Of a stretch of 64,000 nt of DNA, positions 63,601 to 64,000 are shown in pieces. Every line of letters begins with the position of its first letter. Positions within the stretch are counted from its first letter, which is position 1. The notes beneath the pieces are model-generated. The model made no database searches, was not told the origin of the DNA, and saw nothing but the letters and a program-made list of their open reading frames with translations. Source of the stretch: Amoebidium appalachense (Eukaryota; Protista; Ichthyosporea); NCBI GenBank assembly GCA_963693365.1, contig CAVNZM010000009.1, positions 994,231 to 1,058,230 of the forward strand. The letters run 5' to 3'. The translations under genes were made by a program, and so were the position numbers.

Positions 63601-64000
63601 TACCCCACCAATAAGAACCCGCTAGTGGCCATACTCGGTTTTATTATGGTACACAGAAGGTGCCCCCCCCCCCCCCCCCCCCCCTCCCCCCATTCCCCCC
63701 CACCCCCCACCCCCCCCCCCCACCCCGTTGCCCCCCCCCATCCCCCCCAACAAGGGTCTTGTCGTGGCAAGGCTCAGGGCGCGATACGTTTCATGCGCAC
63801 TCTTCAGTGCCCCGGATGATCCCTGCCCTGCCGTCAGTCCACACACACGGGCACGGGCACACATGCATATATGCACAGCCATACACATCACATACTGGCA
63901 CGGACGCGGGCACACATATGCTGCACACCCATGCACATTGCACGGGCACACACCACGCACAAGTATGCACACTCATACACATAAACACACGCCCGTGCAC

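Overview
Eukaryotic genomic DNA, probably from a protist. The long introns filled with poly-C/G, (CA)n and (CT)n recall ichthyosporeans, but that is inference only. There are three zones. (1) 1-840 is the 3' end of a chromovirus-type Ty3/Gypsy LTR retrotransposon: chromodomain tail, polypurine tract and a complete 610-bp LTR. (2) About 841-17,100 is a gene-dense, intron-free block that looks like an endogenised large DNA virus (Nucleocytoviricota-like). It encodes a YqaJ exonuclease, a KilA-N/T5orf172 protein, a DUF5760-like protein, an AT-hook Vps4/katanin-like AAA ATPase and several orphans. It also carries frameshifts and a 134-bp higher-order tandem array, and a perfect 269-bp palindrome sits at its right edge. 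(3) About 17.5-64 kb is host-like DNA with a 3-exon ATP-grasp (carnosine synthase-like) gene, a multi-exon SLC35F5/Thi74-type transporter and an intronless multipass membrane protein. It also holds a possible TIR-bounded segment with an OTU-like fragment, a 2-exon SLX1-like GIY-YIG nuclease and a dispersed structured repeat family. Most ORFs listed between 21 and 64 kb are microsatellite artefacts. All family calls are from motif recognition by eye, without database searches.
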